Part shown: positions 53,943 to 63,524 of the stretch, piece by piece | Position numbering within the stretch: position 1 is the stretch's first letter | Layout: each line of letters starts with the position of its first letter | Assembly (NCBI RefSeq): GCF_036846205.1 | Contig: NZ_DAIUCK010000001.1 | Coordinates: forward strand, 4,961-68,960 | Direction of reading: 5' to 3' | DNA from: Rhabdothermincola sp. | Lineage (GTDB): Bacteria > Actinomycetota > Acidimicrobiia > Acidimicrobiales > Acidimicrobilacustridaceae | Length of the DNA stretch: 64,000 nucleotides | Made by a program: the position numbers and the translations under genes | The notes under the pieces: generated by a model | The model's database searches: none | The model's input: only the letters and a program-made list of their open reading frames with translations | Told to the model about the DNA's origin: nothing

Positions 53943-56135
53943 ATGCCCACAACCGAACCACACCCGGCCGCGCTGCAGCCCGGGCCCGGTGGGTCAACGT
54001 CGCCGTCTCCGTGGGCCCCTGCCGGCCCCGTCGCCTCGCTCGTCACCGACACCGGACTCGTCACCCTCGTCGAGGGCTCCAGCTTCTGTGTGTCGGGCCG
54101 CAGCGGTGACATGCTCGCTGACCTGCCCCATGGCCTGTTCGTCCTGGACACGCGGTGCCTGTCACGCTGGGAGCTCACCGTCGATGGCCACCCCCTCGAG
54201 CCGCTGACGGTCGCCTCCGACGCACCGTTCGAAGCCACCTTCGTCAGCCGGGTCCACCCCGGTCGCCACCAAGCCGACAGCGAGCTGCTGGTCTTCCGCC
54301 GGCGGCACGTGGGACACGGCATGCGCGAACGGCTGACCATCCACAACTTCGGCACGAGCCCTGCTCGGATCGACCTCGCGATCGAGCTCGACATCGACTT
54401 CGCGGACGTCTTCGAGGTGAAGGAGTCACGGGTGTGCCGCCGTGAGTCCTATTCGATCACGTGCACGCCCACCGAATGGCGATCGGTGCACGAAGCCGAG
54501 GAGCTCACCAAGACCGTCACCTTGCACCTCTCTCGAGCTGCTGTCACCGAACCCAGCCGGCTCTCCTGGACGCTCGACGTACCGGCCCGTGGCCAATCGG
54601 AGCTCTGCCTGGAACTGGACCTGGCCGTGGGTGACCACCTGATCGAACCCCGGTTCCGGTGCGGGCAGCCCGACGAGCACGCCGAGCCCACCCGCCGGCA
54701 CACGGCCTGGCGTGCCGGGACACCCGTTCTCAAGACCGACCACCCCGCGCTGGCTCGAGCGGTCACCAGGGCGATGGAAGATCTCGGGGCGTTACGCATC
54801 TTCGACCCTGAGCACCCCGAGCTCCCCGTGACCGCGGCCGGCGCACCGTGGTTCATGACCCTCTTCGGGCGTGATTCCCTGATCACCGGGTGGATGGCGC
54901 TGCTTTTCGAACCGTCCCTCGCCCTCGGCGTCCTCCAGACGCTGGCCCGCCTCCAAGGGACACGGGTCGACGACGCCACCGAGGAAGAGCCAGGGCGCAT
55001 CCTCCACGAGGTCCGCTTCGAGAAGGCCGCATCGCTCGCCCTGGGAGGTGGCGCCGCCTACTACGGCACCGCGGACGCCACGGCGCTGTTCGTCATGCTC
55101 GCCGGTGAACTGCGCCGCTGGGGAGTGGCCACCGACGTCATCGACGGTCTCGTTCCCCACCTCGATCACGCTCTGGCATGGATCGAGGACTGGGGCGACC
55201 GCGATGGTGACGGCTATGTCGAATACCAGCGACGGAACCCCTCGGGCCTGGTGAACCAGGGGTGGAAGGACTCCTGGGACGGGGTGAACCACGCCGACGG
55301 GCGGATCGCCGCTCCACCCATCGCGTTGTGCGAGGTGCAGGGCTATGTGTACGCCGCCTACCGGGCGCGGGCCCACCTGGCGGCCGAGGTCGGAGACCTC
55401 GCGACCGCCGAGCGCTACGACAGCAAGGCAGCAACGCTCAAAGAGGCGTTCAATCGGGATTTCTGGCTGGACGATCGTGGCTGGTTCGCGATCGGCCTCG
55501 ACGCCACCAAGGAGCCCATCGACGCGCTGTCGTCCAACATCGGCCACTGTCTCTGGACGGGGATCGTCGACGAGGACAAGGCAACACAGGTCGCGGACCA
55601 CCTCCTGTCACCCGAGATGTTCACGGGGTGGGGCATCCGGACCCTCGCCAGCTCGATGGCCCGGTACAACCCGATCAGCTACCACAACGGATCGGTCTGG
55701 CCGCACGACACCGCGATCTGCGCCGCCGGTCTCATGCGTTACGGCTTCGTCGACCACGCCACCACCGTCATCGAGGGCCTGCTCGAGGTCGCCCACGTCC
55801 TGGGCGGTCGCCTGCCCGAGCTGTTCGCAGGCCTCGACCGCCGCGAGCTCTCCGTTCCCGCGGCCTATCCCACGTCGTGCTCGCCACAGGCGTGGGCCGC
55901 CGCATCTCCGCTGCTCCTCCTGCGGACCATGCTCCGGCTCGACCCGTCGGCCCACCGCCAGCAGGTCCACCTCGCGCCGGTCATGCCCCAGGGCATGACC
56001 CGCCTCGAACTGCACGGCATCCGCATAGGGGACCGGACGCTGGACATCCGCTGGGAGCGAGGCGACGTGACCGTCGACGGGCTCGGCGGACTGGAGCTCC
56101 TGGCGACACCGCGCCCGCCGGTACACGACTCCTGA
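53943..56135 (+). CDS. Glycogen-debranching-enzyme-like protein (GDE N-terminal domain + amylo-alpha-1,6-glucosidase (alpha/alpha)6 domain)
   Basis: LVEGSSFCVSGRSGD...GLFVLDTR N-domain. PWFMTLFGRDSLIT, GRILHE and QGWKDSWD catalytic-domain motifs. Confidence 0.85.
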   Translation: MPTTEPHPAALQPGPGGSTSPSPWAPAGPVASLVTDTGLVTLVEGSSFCVSGRSGDMLADLPHGLFVLDTRCLSRWELTVDGHPLEPLTVASDAPFEATFVSRVHPGRHQADSELLVFRRRHVGHGMRERLTIHNFGTSPARIDLAIELDIDFADVFEVKESRVCRRESYSITCTPTEWRSVHEAEELTKTVTLHLSRAAVTEPSRLSWTLDVPARGQSELCLELDLAVGDHLIEPRFRCGQPDEHAEPTRRHTAWRAGTPVLKTDHPALARAVTRAMEDLGALRIFDPEHPELPVTAAGAPWFMTLFGRDSLITGWMALLFEPSLALGVLQTLARLQGTRVDDATEEEPGRILHEVRFEKAASLALGGGAAYYGTADATALFVMLAGELRRWGVATDVIDGLVPHLDHALAWIEDWGDRDGDGYVEYQRRNPSGLVNQGWKDSWDGVNHADGRIAAPPIALCEVQGYVYAAYRARAHLAAEVGDLATAERYDSKAATLKEAFNRDFWLDDRGWFAIGLDATKEPIDALSSNIGHCLWTGIVDEDKATQVADHLLSPEMFTGWGIRTLASSMARYNPISYHNGSVWPHDTAICAAGLMRYGFVDHATTVIEGLLEVAHVLGGRLPELFAGLDRRELSVPAAYPTSCSPQAWAAASPLLLLRTMLRLDPSAHRQQVHLAPVMPQGMTRLELHGIRIGDRTLDIRWERGDVTVDGLGGLELLATPRPPVHDS

Positions 56136-56246
56136 ACCCCCGGCCCCGCCTCTCGCCCGCAACGCGAGCCGGGCGCACCGCGGGTGAGGGACGATCAGCG
56201 CGCTCGACCGCGCATCGCGGGCATTCCTGTGCGCAGACTGTCGCTG

Positions 56247-57317
56247 ATGCGCATCGCCCTCATCGCTCCGCCGTGGCTCCCCGTCCCCCCACCGGCGTAC
56301 GGCGGCACCGAGACTGTGCTGGATCAGCTGGCCCGAGGCCTGTCCGAGGCCGGCCACGAGGTGGTGCTGCACACCACGGGCGACAGCACCTGCCCGGTGC
56401 ACACCGCCTGGGTGTACGAGCAGTCGCAGGCCCCCCGGATGGCCGACGCGGCTGTCGAGCTCCGGCACCTGCTCCATGCCTACCACCGGATCGACGCGGA
56501 GGGTGTCGACGTGGTCCACGATCACACGCTGGTGGGCCCTGTCCGCGCCGCCGCCGAGGGGCGCCCGAACGTGCTCACGACGGCGCACGGCCCGTTCGAC
56601 CAGGAACTGGCTGCCATCTACTCGGAGATCGCGACCCGCGTCTCCATCATCGCCATCTCGAGGGACCAGGCTCGATCGGCTGGCGGCACCCCGATCGCGC
56701 GGGTCATCCACCACGGAGTCGATCCGGGTGCCTACCCGGTCGGGCAGGGCGACGGCGGGTACGTGGCCTTCCTCGGCCGGATGGCACCGGCGAAGGGGGT
56801 CGACCTCGCGATCCGAGCAGCACGAGAAGCGGGCATACCGCTGTTGATCGCAGCCAAGATGCGCGAGCCGGCAGAGGTCGAGTACTTCGAGACCTGCGTG
56901 CGCCCACTGCTCGGTGGGGAAGTCGAGTACCTCGGCGAGGTCGAGCGGGCGGAGAAGCTGGAGCTGCTCCGCCGGGCACGTGCCCTCCTCAACCCCCTCC
57001 GCTGGCGGGAGCCGTTCGGCATGGTCATGGTCGAGGCCCTCGCCTGTGGCACCCCCGTCATCGCCTTCGCCCGGGGGTCCGTGCCCGAGATCATCGATGA
57101 CGGTCGCACGGGCTGGCTGTGCGCCGACGAGCCGGCGCTGGTGCGAGCTCTCGGGCGCGTCGACCGGCTCGACCGAGCGGCATGCCGCCGTGCCGTCGAG
57201 ACCCGGTTCTCGACCCGGCGGATGGTCCAGGAGCACCTGGAGCTGTACCAGGCGGTGGTGTGCCGAGCCGGCGAGCGGGGGCACCGCAGAGCGAACGGGT
57301 TCCAGCGAGCGCGCTGA
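56247..57317 (+). CDS. Glycosyltransferase family 4
   Basis: MRIALIAPPWLPVPPPAYGGTE N-terminus. C-terminal WREPFGMVMVEALACGTPVIA. Confidence 0.85.
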   Translation: MRIALIAPPWLPVPPPAYGGTETVLDQLARGLSEAGHEVVLHTTGDSTCPVHTAWVYEQSQAPRMADAAVELRHLLHAYHRIDAEGVDVVHDHTLVGPVRAAAEGRPNVLTTAHGPFDQELAAIYSEIATRVSIIAISRDQARSAGGTPIARVIHHGVDPGAYPVGQGDGGYVAFLGRMAPAKGVDLAIRAAREAGIPLLIAAKMREPAEVEYFETCVRPLLGGEVEYLGEVERAEKLELLRRARALLNPLRWREPFGMVMVEALACGTPVIAFARGSVPEIIDDGRTGWLCADEPALVRALGRVDRLDRAACRRAVETRFSTRRMVQEHLELYQAVVCRAGERGHRRANGFQRAR

Positions 57318-57339
57318 ACCGCGGCTTCACCGAGTGAGT

Positions 57340-58248
57340 TCAGCGGCGACGCGATCCGTAGTCCCCGAAGGGGTCGTCACGCTCACGCACCGCCTCCCGG
57401 AAGCCGACCGCCATTGAACGCTCGACGAAGTCGAGACCTTCCTGAGTGTGACGGGCGATGCCGTCGAACAGGGTGCCGAGTAGCCGGCTCGAGGCCATCC
57501 CCATGTTCTCGGCGGTCTGGTTGCACAGCAGCTTCAGCATCACGAGCTGGCTGGTCGGCACCAGAGCGATCCGCGCCGCCAGAGCCTCGGCGTGCTCCTG
57601 CAACGCCTCATCCGGAACCGCTTCGAGGATCATGCCCATGACCGCTGCTTCGGTCGCGGGAATCTCGTCGCCGGTCAGCAGATAGCGCTTCGCCCGCTCG
57701 AGGCCCAAGCGATACACCCACATGGCGGTCGTCGGCGTCCCCCACACCCGCGACGGTGGGTACCCGAAACGGGCGCCCTCCCCGGCGATGATCAGGTCCG
57801 CGCACAGCACGAGATCGGTGCCGCCGCCGATGCACCATCCCTGTACCGCGGCGATGGTGGGCTTGGTCGCGTACCAGAGCTTGAGGTAGGCGTCGACGAA
57901 GCTCTTCATGAACCGATAGTCGGCGACCGAGTCCCACACCCGGTCACCGTCGCTCGCCCGCCACGGTGCCGGGCGCTGCCCGGCGGGCGTCGCCCGCTCG
58001 GCCGGTCGATTCTCCCGCGACGCCTGCGCTTCGGTGGCCCAATCGAGGCCGTAGCCCGCGCAGAACGCGGGCCCCTCGGCTCGCAGGAGGATGACTCGTA
58101 CCTGCGGGTCGGCATCAGCGGCGTCGATGGCATGGGAGAGCTCGTCTCTCAGCGCGGGTGTGATCGTGTTGTACTCGTCCGGGCGCGCCAGCCAGATGGA
58201 CCGCACGCCAGCGGAGGTCTCGGTCCGCAACGTCGTGTACCGGTCCAC
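57340..58248 (-). CDS. Crotonase/enoyl-CoA hydratase family protein (long form with insertion)
   Basis: VILLRAEGPAFCAGY...AAVQGWCIGGGTDL. Confidence 0.85.
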   Translation of the reverse strand: MDRYTTLRTETSAGVRSIWLARPDEYNTITPALRDELSHAIDAADADPQVRVILLRAEGPAFCAGYGLDWATEAQASRENRPAERATPAGQRPAPWRASDGDRVWDSVADYRFMKSFVDAYLKLWYATKPTIAAVQGWCIGGGTDLVLCADLIIAGEGARFGYPPSRVWGTPTTAMWVYRLGLERAKRYLLTGDEIPATEAAVMGMILEAVPDEALQEHAEALAARIALVPTSQLVMLKLLCNQTAENMGMASSRLLGTLFDGIARHTQEGLDFVERSMAVGFREAVRERDDPFGDYGSRRR

Positions 58249-58262
58249 CGCTGCTGACCCGC

Positions 58263-58505
58263 CTAGTCCTGCTCGTCCTCGCCAGCCCGGGGCCAGTCGT
58301 CCTCGTCGCCGAGCCCAGCCGGCATCGACTGCTCGATGACATCGGCCTCGGGAGCCTCGTCCGGCACGGTCAGCGATGGCACTGTCGCCAGCAGCTCCTC
58401 CTCGGGACGCTCACCTGCCGGTGGGAGTTGCTGTTCCACCGCATCGACCTCAGGGGCTTCGAGGTCCTCGGGTGGACGCGGTCGCTCGTCGGGGGTGGTG
58501 TCCAT
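58263..58505 (-). CDS. Small highly acidic protein (DUF5709-like, tentative)
   Basis: 80 aa from ATG 58505. Repeated EAPExDxxEQ motifs. Compositionally similar to 39330-39740. Confidence 0.4.
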   Translation of the reverse strand: MDTTPDERPRPPEDLEAPEVDAVEQQLPPAGERPEEELLATVPSLTVPDEAPEADVIEQSMPAGLGDEDDWPRAGEDEQD

Positions 58506-58610
58506 CCACATGAACCTACCGAGCGATCCGAGCTCCCACCGCACGGGCCGCCAGGTTTCCGGTGCGGCGGCCTCCGCCTGATCAGACGACCGGACCGCAC
58601 AGCCGACGCG

Positions 58611-60170
58611 TCAGCTCGCTCCTGCCGCCCGTTCCCGGAGCACCCGCCGGAGGATCTTGCCCGATGCAGACTTGGGAATCTCCTCGACCAGCGTGAGCCG
58701 GCGGATCTGCTTGTAATGGGCGACCCGGTCAGCCACGTACTGCGTGATCTCCTCGGGCGTCGCCTCCTGTGCCGGCTTCAGCACCACGTAGCCGACAGGG
58801 ATCTCGCCGGCTTCGTCGTCGGGAACGCCGATCACCGCGGCATCGGCCACCGCCGGATGGGTCAGCAACAGCGCCTCCAGCTCGGCCGGAGGAACCTGGA
58901 AGCCCTTGTACTTGATGAGCTCCTTCAGGCGATCGACCACGTACAGGTGACCGTCACGGTCGATGTGGCCGATGTCGCCGGTGTGCAGCCAGCCATCGGC
59001 GTCGATGGTCTCGGCGGTGGCGCGCTCGTTGTTCAGGTATCCCTTCATCACCTGCGGACCCCGGATCCAGACCTCGCCGTCCGCATCGATCCCGAGCGGC
59101 TCGCCGCTGGCCGGATCGACGATCTGCACCTCGGTGTTGGGCACGGTCAACCCCACCGAGCCGGGCTTGCCCATCCCCTCCGGGGTGAGATGGGTGACCG
59201 GCGACAGCTCGGTCATGCCGTAGCCCTGCACCACTTCACACCCCAGCCTTGCGCCGGCCTCGGCCGCCAGCTCTGCGGAAAGCGGCGCTGCACCCGAGAA
59301 CACCTGCTTCACGTTCGACAGGTCGAAGTCATCGACGATGGGGTGCTTGGCCAGCGCGACCACGATCGGCGGGGCCACGAACGACCGGGTGATCTTGTGG
59401 TCCTGGTGGGCCGCCAGAAACTGCTCGAGGTCGAACCGGGGCAGGGTGACGATGGTGGCGCCCGCCCGCAGCCCGGTGTTCATCAGGACCTGCATGCCGT
59501 AGATGTGGAAGAAGGGCAGCACGGCCATCACGACGTCGTCGGCATCCATGCCGGTGGGCCCGAGCACCTGCGCGATGTTGGCGACCAGGTTGCGGTGGGT
59601 GAGCATGACCCCCTTGGAGAGCCCGGTCGTCCCCGACGAGTACGGAAGCACCACCACGTCATCCGGATCGACCTTGACCTGCTCGGCCAGCGGTGGGCCG
59701 GCAAGCTCGAGCACCGAGGGCGTGTCGTCCGTGCGCTCGCCAAGCAGGACGATCTGCTCGACCGTGGTACCCGTGGCCGCCTCCCGAGCGGTGGCGAGGA
59801 ATGGCGCGACGGTCACGAGTACGGAGGCCCGCGAATCGGCGAGCTGGTGGTGCACCTCCCGGGCGGTGTACGTCGGGTTCACAGTGGTGACGCTGCCGCC
59901 AGCCATGGCCGCGCCGTGGAAGACCGTCGCGTACTCGGGAACGTTGGGAGCCATGATGGCCAGCACGTCACCCGGGCCGAACCCCCGACCGGCGAGCCCG
60001 CCAGCGAGAGCCCGGACCTGCTCGTCGAGCTGGCGGTAGGTGAGCACCCGCCCGCTCGGTCCGTCGATGAGCGCTGGCTTGGCATCCAACTCCCTGGCGC
60101 GCTCGAGCACGAACGGGGTCAGCGGGGTCTCGGGGATGTCGATGTCCGGGAACGGGCTGCGGTGGATCAC
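58611..60170 (-). CDS. AMP-dependent acyl-CoA ligase (4-coumarate/long-chain fatty-acid CoA ligase-like)
   Basis: LPYSSGTTGLSKGVMLTH AMP-binding motif, GYGMTE, and C-terminal PKSASGKILRR. Confidence 0.9.
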   Translation of the reverse strand: MIHRSPFPDIDIPETPLTPFVLERARELDAKPALIDGPSGRVLTYRQLDEQVRALAGGLAGRGFGPGDVLAIMAPNVPEYATVFHGAAMAGGSVTTVNPTYTAREVHHQLADSRASVLVTVAPFLATAREAATGTTVEQIVLLGERTDDTPSVLELAGPPLAEQVKVDPDDVVVLPYSSGTTGLSKGVMLTHRNLVANIAQVLGPTGMDADDVVMAVLPFFHIYGMQVLMNTGLRAGATIVTLPRFDLEQFLAAHQDHKITRSFVAPPIVVALAKHPIVDDFDLSNVKQVFSGAAPLSAELAAEAGARLGCEVVQGYGMTELSPVTHLTPEGMGKPGSVGLTVPNTEVQIVDPASGEPLGIDADGEVWIRGPQVMKGYLNNERATAETIDADGWLHTGDIGHIDRDGHLYVVDRLKELIKYKGFQVPPAELEALLLTHPAVADAAVIGVPDDEAGEIPVGYVVLKPAQEATPEEITQYVADRVAHYKQIRRLTLVEEIPKSASGKILRRVLRERAAGAS

Positions 60171-60291
60171 GTGGTCTCCCCCCGACGCTCACTCACCCGA
60201 GCAGCGAGCCGATGGCCCGCCACACGGGACGATCATCCGCCAGACAGTAGGGCAACCGTCGAGGTGAAGGGGGCGAGGGTTGGTCAGGGTG

Positions 60292-60705
60292 TCACGACCG
60301 AGCGAGCGCCTTGTGCTTGAGCTCCTCGTACTCCTGTGGCGAGATGGCCCCGCTGTCGAGCAGCTCCTTCGCAGTCTTGATCTCCGCTGCTGTGCCATTG
60401 CCCGCTCCAGCGGTCTCCCGCACGTAGGCGCGGAACTGCTGCTCGGCTCGCTGCTGGGCGTCGGCCGAACGCTCGGCCATACCCCGGCCGCGGGTCACGA
60501 GGTACACGAAGACCGTGACGAACGGGACGAGGACGAGGAAGATGCACCACAGCGCCTTGGACCATCCGCTGAGCTCATCACTACGGAACAGATCCCCGAT
60601 GATCCCGAAGATGATCCAGAGAAAGATGACGAAGAAGAAGACCACGACGATCGACCAGAGCACGTCGCCGAGGCTGATGTCCGCGAGCACCATCGGCCCT
60701 GCCAC
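60292..60705 (-). CDS. PLDc_N-type small membrane domain + SHOCT domain protein
   Basis: Two TM with the WCIFLVLVPFVTVFVYL pattern. C-terminal LLDSGAISPQEYEELKHKAL (SHOCT). The start may be ATG 60693. Confidence 0.75.
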   Translation of the reverse strand: MAGPMVLADISLGDVLWSIVVVFFFVIFLWIIFGIIGDLFRSDELSGWSKALWCIFLVLVPFVTVFVYLVTRGRGMAERSADAQQRAEQQFRAYVRETAGAGNGTAAEIKTAKELLDSGAISPQEYEELKHKALARS

Positions 60706-60748
60706 CTCCTGAGCATGCCCGCGCGGGTCGCGGGCCCGTGCTCAGGAG
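60706..60748 (-). promoter_or_regulatory. Compound hairpin in the 5' leader that includes the Shine-Dalgarno sequence
   Basis: Outer stem CTCCTGAGCA/TGCTCAGGAG (10 bp). Inner stem GCCCGCG/CGCGGGC (7 bp, 5-nt loop). On the mRNA strand the 3' arm reads TGCTCAGGAG and abuts the start codon. Confidence 0.35.
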
Positions 60749-60985
60749 ACCACGCTTCACCGCCGGTGGCCGGGTCGCGTGCCGAAGTTGTGTGCCCTCA
60801 AGCCGCCACCCCGCACATGCAGTGGTGCTCATGGCGCGGGTGGTGACCAACCGGGGAGATCCGTGCGGGTCGCTGCGTCAGTCGTCGTCGACCGCCGCGT
60901 AGGAAGCCGAGCTGCTGGACGGACGTCGTCACTTGTCTCGGGGGAACTGGTCCGCTCGACGCGGACCTGCGAGGATGCCCGGCTC

Positions 60986-61837
60986 ATGCGACGACTGCAT
61001 GACCGGGTCGCGGTGGTGACCGGTGCCGGCAGCGGCATCGGCCAGGCGACGAGCGTGCTGCTGGCCCGCCAGGGCCTCGACCTCGCGCTGGTCGACCTCC
61101 GCCCTGAGGGGCTGGAGGAGACGGCCGCGCTGGTTCGCGCCGCGGGCCGCACCGCCACGAGCCACCTCGCCGATGTCGCCGACGCAGACCGGATGGCCGA
61201 GCTACCTGCCGAGGTGCTCGATGCGCACGGCGCCTGCCACGTGCTCGTGAACAACGCCGGCGTCACGGCTGCCGGACGGTTCGAAGCTGAGTCCCTCGAA
61301 GACCTGCGCTGGATCGTCGGCATCAACGTCTGGGGTGTCGTGCACGGCTGCCGGGCCTTTCTGCCGGTACTGCGACGGATGGACGAGGCACACATCGTGA
61401 ACCTCTCGAGCATGGTCGGGCTCCTCGGGCTTCCCCAGAACGCGTCCTACTCCCTCACCAAGGGCGCGGTCCGCTCCTTCAGCGAAGCCCTACGAGCCGA
61501 ACTGATCTCCACGTCGATCGGGGTCACGGTGGTGCTCCCGGGAGCGATCCGCACGAACATCATGTTCGGGGCCCGCGGCGCGGAGGCCGATCGCCTGGCA
61601 CGGATGGGAGCCTCGCGGCTCGCCCCGCTCGCCCTCCGCCCCCCGGAAGCCGTCGCCCGCCGGATCGTGCGGGCCATCGAGAAGAACCAGGCCCGGGTGG
61701 TGGTGGGTCCCGACGCACGGGCCGTGGACCTGGTGTCGCGGGTCCTGCCGGGCCGCTCGGGTCTCGTGGGCCGGCTCCTCGACCGGCTGGCGCCTGCGAA
61801 CGGGCCCACCGGAGCCGAGCCGACCGCGCGGCACTGA
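60986..61837 (+). CDS. Short-chain dehydrogenase/reductase (SDR)
   Basis: VTGAGSGIG, NNAG and YSLTK (YxxxK) motifs. Confidence 0.9.
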   Translation: MRRLHDRVAVVTGAGSGIGQATSVLLARQGLDLALVDLRPEGLEETAALVRAAGRTATSHLADVADADRMAELPAEVLDAHGACHVLVNNAGVTAAGRFEAESLEDLRWIVGINVWGVVHGCRAFLPVLRRMDEAHIVNLSSMVGLLGLPQNASYSLTKGAVRSFSEALRAELISTSIGVTVVLPGAIRTNIMFGARGAEADRLARMGASRLAPLALRPPEAVARRIVRAIEKNQARVVVGPDARAVDLVSRVLPGRSGLVGRLLDRLAPANGPTGAEPTARH

Positions 61838-61850
61838 GGGGACGGCGGGA

Positions 61851-62315
61851 TTACCGCTCCGGCCCCCCGGCGACGAGCACCGGGTTCTCAACCAGCGGCG
61901 TGCGCAGCGCAACGATCATCATCGAGAAGTCGGCCACGGCGACGAGGTGACCCTGCTCGTCGACCACCTCGCAGCCGACCACGATCAGCTGGCTGCCTCT
62001 CCGGATGACCTCGGCTCTGGCCAGCACGGTCTCGGTGCGGGCCCGACCGAGGTAGCGGATGTGCATGTCCACGGTGACGAGCGACTCCCGGGACGGATCG
62101 AAACCGCTGCTCCCCACGGCGGCCAGCGCACAGGCGAGGTCCACCATGGTGGCGATTGCGCCACCGTGCAGGCTGCCGGTGGAGCCGAGCGCCTCGGCCT
62201 TCACGGGCATCCGGACCTGCGCCCGCCCCTCCCCCGCGGCAGGGGGCTCGTAGTCGAGCGCCAGCATCCGGTGCAGGGGGATCTGGTCGATGGCACCAGG
62301 TTGGGACTCGGCCAC
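61851..62315 (-). CDS. PaaI/hotdog-fold thioesterase
   Basis: GSLHGGAIATMVD motif. GTG 62315 is preceded by GAAGGAGGG. Confidence 0.8.
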   Translation of the reverse strand: MAESQPGAIDQIPLHRMLALDYEPPAAGEGRAQVRMPVKAEALGSTGSLHGGAIATMVDLACALAAVGSSGFDPSRESLVTVDMHIRYLGRARTETVLARAEVIRRGSQLIVVGCEVVDEQGHLVAVADFSMMIVALRTPLVENPVLVAGGPER

Positions 62316-62481
62316 GGGGCACCCTCCTTCGAGACGTGCCGACAGGGCTAGCACCGGTCGAGCGCGGCATGCAAGACATATTGGGAAAGTGTCCTGATAC
62401 CCGATCACGGGGTGAGGGCGGGACCTGCGGGAAGCACCAGGTGTTCGATCCCGCGGGAAGCCGGTACGCCAGCCTGTGGCG

Positions 62482-63423
62482 TCAGCCCTCGAATGCCGAG
62501 CGCAGGGCGGCGATGGCCTGATCCTGGTAGGCCCGGGCCGACGGGAGCAGGCGGGTGAAGGCGAACGACGGGTGGATGTGCCCGTCGAGGCGCACGTGCG
62601 TCGCCGGCACACCGGCCGCGGCGAGCGCCGAGGCGTAGGCCTCGCCGTCCCCTCGCAGCTTGTCGTATTCAGCGGTCATGATCCACGCCGGCGGCAGGCC
62701 CCGATGGTCGTCGGCCAGCAGCGGGGAGCACCAGGGCTCGCGCGCCTGGGCCGGGTCGGCGAGGTAGTGCGCGAGGTAGTCGTCGATGGCAGCTCGGTCG
62801 AGCAGGTAGCCGTCGGGCACCTCCCGGAATCCCGATTGCGAGCAGGTCGCGTCGGTGGTCGGCACGTCGAGCCACTGGTGCACGAGGCGGGGACCGTTGC
62901 GATCGCGGCTCATCAGGCAGGCCACCGCCGCCAGGTTCGCTCCGGCGGACTCGCCACCGATCGCCACCCGAGCAGGGTCGACGTCGAGCCGGCCGGCATG
63001 CTCCACGAGCCACTCGAGCGCGGCGTAGCAGTCCTCGGGCGGGGTCGGGTACTGGTTCTCGGGGGCCAGGCGGTAGTCGACCGAGGCCACGACGCATCGG
63101 GCACCCGCGGACACCGCCCGGCAGCGCTGCTCCCGCTCGTCGAGGGTCCCCATGCAGAAGCCACCGCCGTGGAGGAACACGTAGAGCGCGAACGGTCCGG
63201 CCCCGTGCGGGCGGTACAGCCGGACCCTGATCCGCCCACCGGCCACGGGCACCGCGACGTGCCCGATCGCGGCGGGTCTCGGCTCCGGCGCGATCAGCAG
63301 GCCCGCGCCCCGGTGCGACAGGCGCGCCGCCTGCTCCCGGCGGGCCGCCATCGGCACCGACAGATCGTCGGGGCGGAGCTTGGCGATCCGGATCAGTAGC
63401 GACAGTCGGGGATCGATCGGCAT
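62482..63423 (-). CDS. Alpha/beta hydrolase, hormone-sensitive-lipase-like esterase
   Basis: HGGGF oxyanion motif and GESAG nucleophile elbow. Confidence 0.85.
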   Translation of the reverse strand: MPIDPRLSLLIRIAKLRPDDLSVPMAARREQAARLSHRGAGLLIAPEPRPAAIGHVAVPVAGGRIRVRLYRPHGAGPFALYVFLHGGGFCMGTLDEREQRCRAVSAGARCVVASVDYRLAPENQYPTPPEDCYAALEWLVEHAGRLDVDPARVAIGGESAGANLAAVACLMSRDRNGPRLVHQWLDVPTTDATCSQSGFREVPDGYLLDRAAIDDYLAHYLADPAQAREPWCSPLLADDHRGLPPAWIMTAEYDKLRGDGEAYASALAAAGVPATHVRLDGHIHPSFAFTRLLPSARAYQDQAIAALRSAFEG

Positions 63424-63524
63424 CGACCGGGCACCGTAACGCAGCTCACCATCACCTCAGCAGGGCGAGACGCCTTCGAAGAGTGTCTTGTGTCCGCTTC
63501 CGGGTCGCGGCTAGGCATGGGGCG

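Noticed and set aside
55262-57284. 612-aa (+) and 558-aa (-) ORFs overlapping the GDE-like and GT4 genes
   Set aside because: Alternative or antisense frames of genes with strong family motifs, with low-complexity Arg/Pro/Gly composition.
58428-60320. 630-aa plus-strand ORF
   Set aside because: Antisense to the AMP-binding acyl-CoA ligase gene, which carries the canonical SSGTTGxxKG motif.
63462-63480. CTTCGAAG palindrome as a candidate TetR operator
   Set aside because: Only 8 bp are perfectly symmetric and the flanks do not extend the symmetry. This is too short to call.
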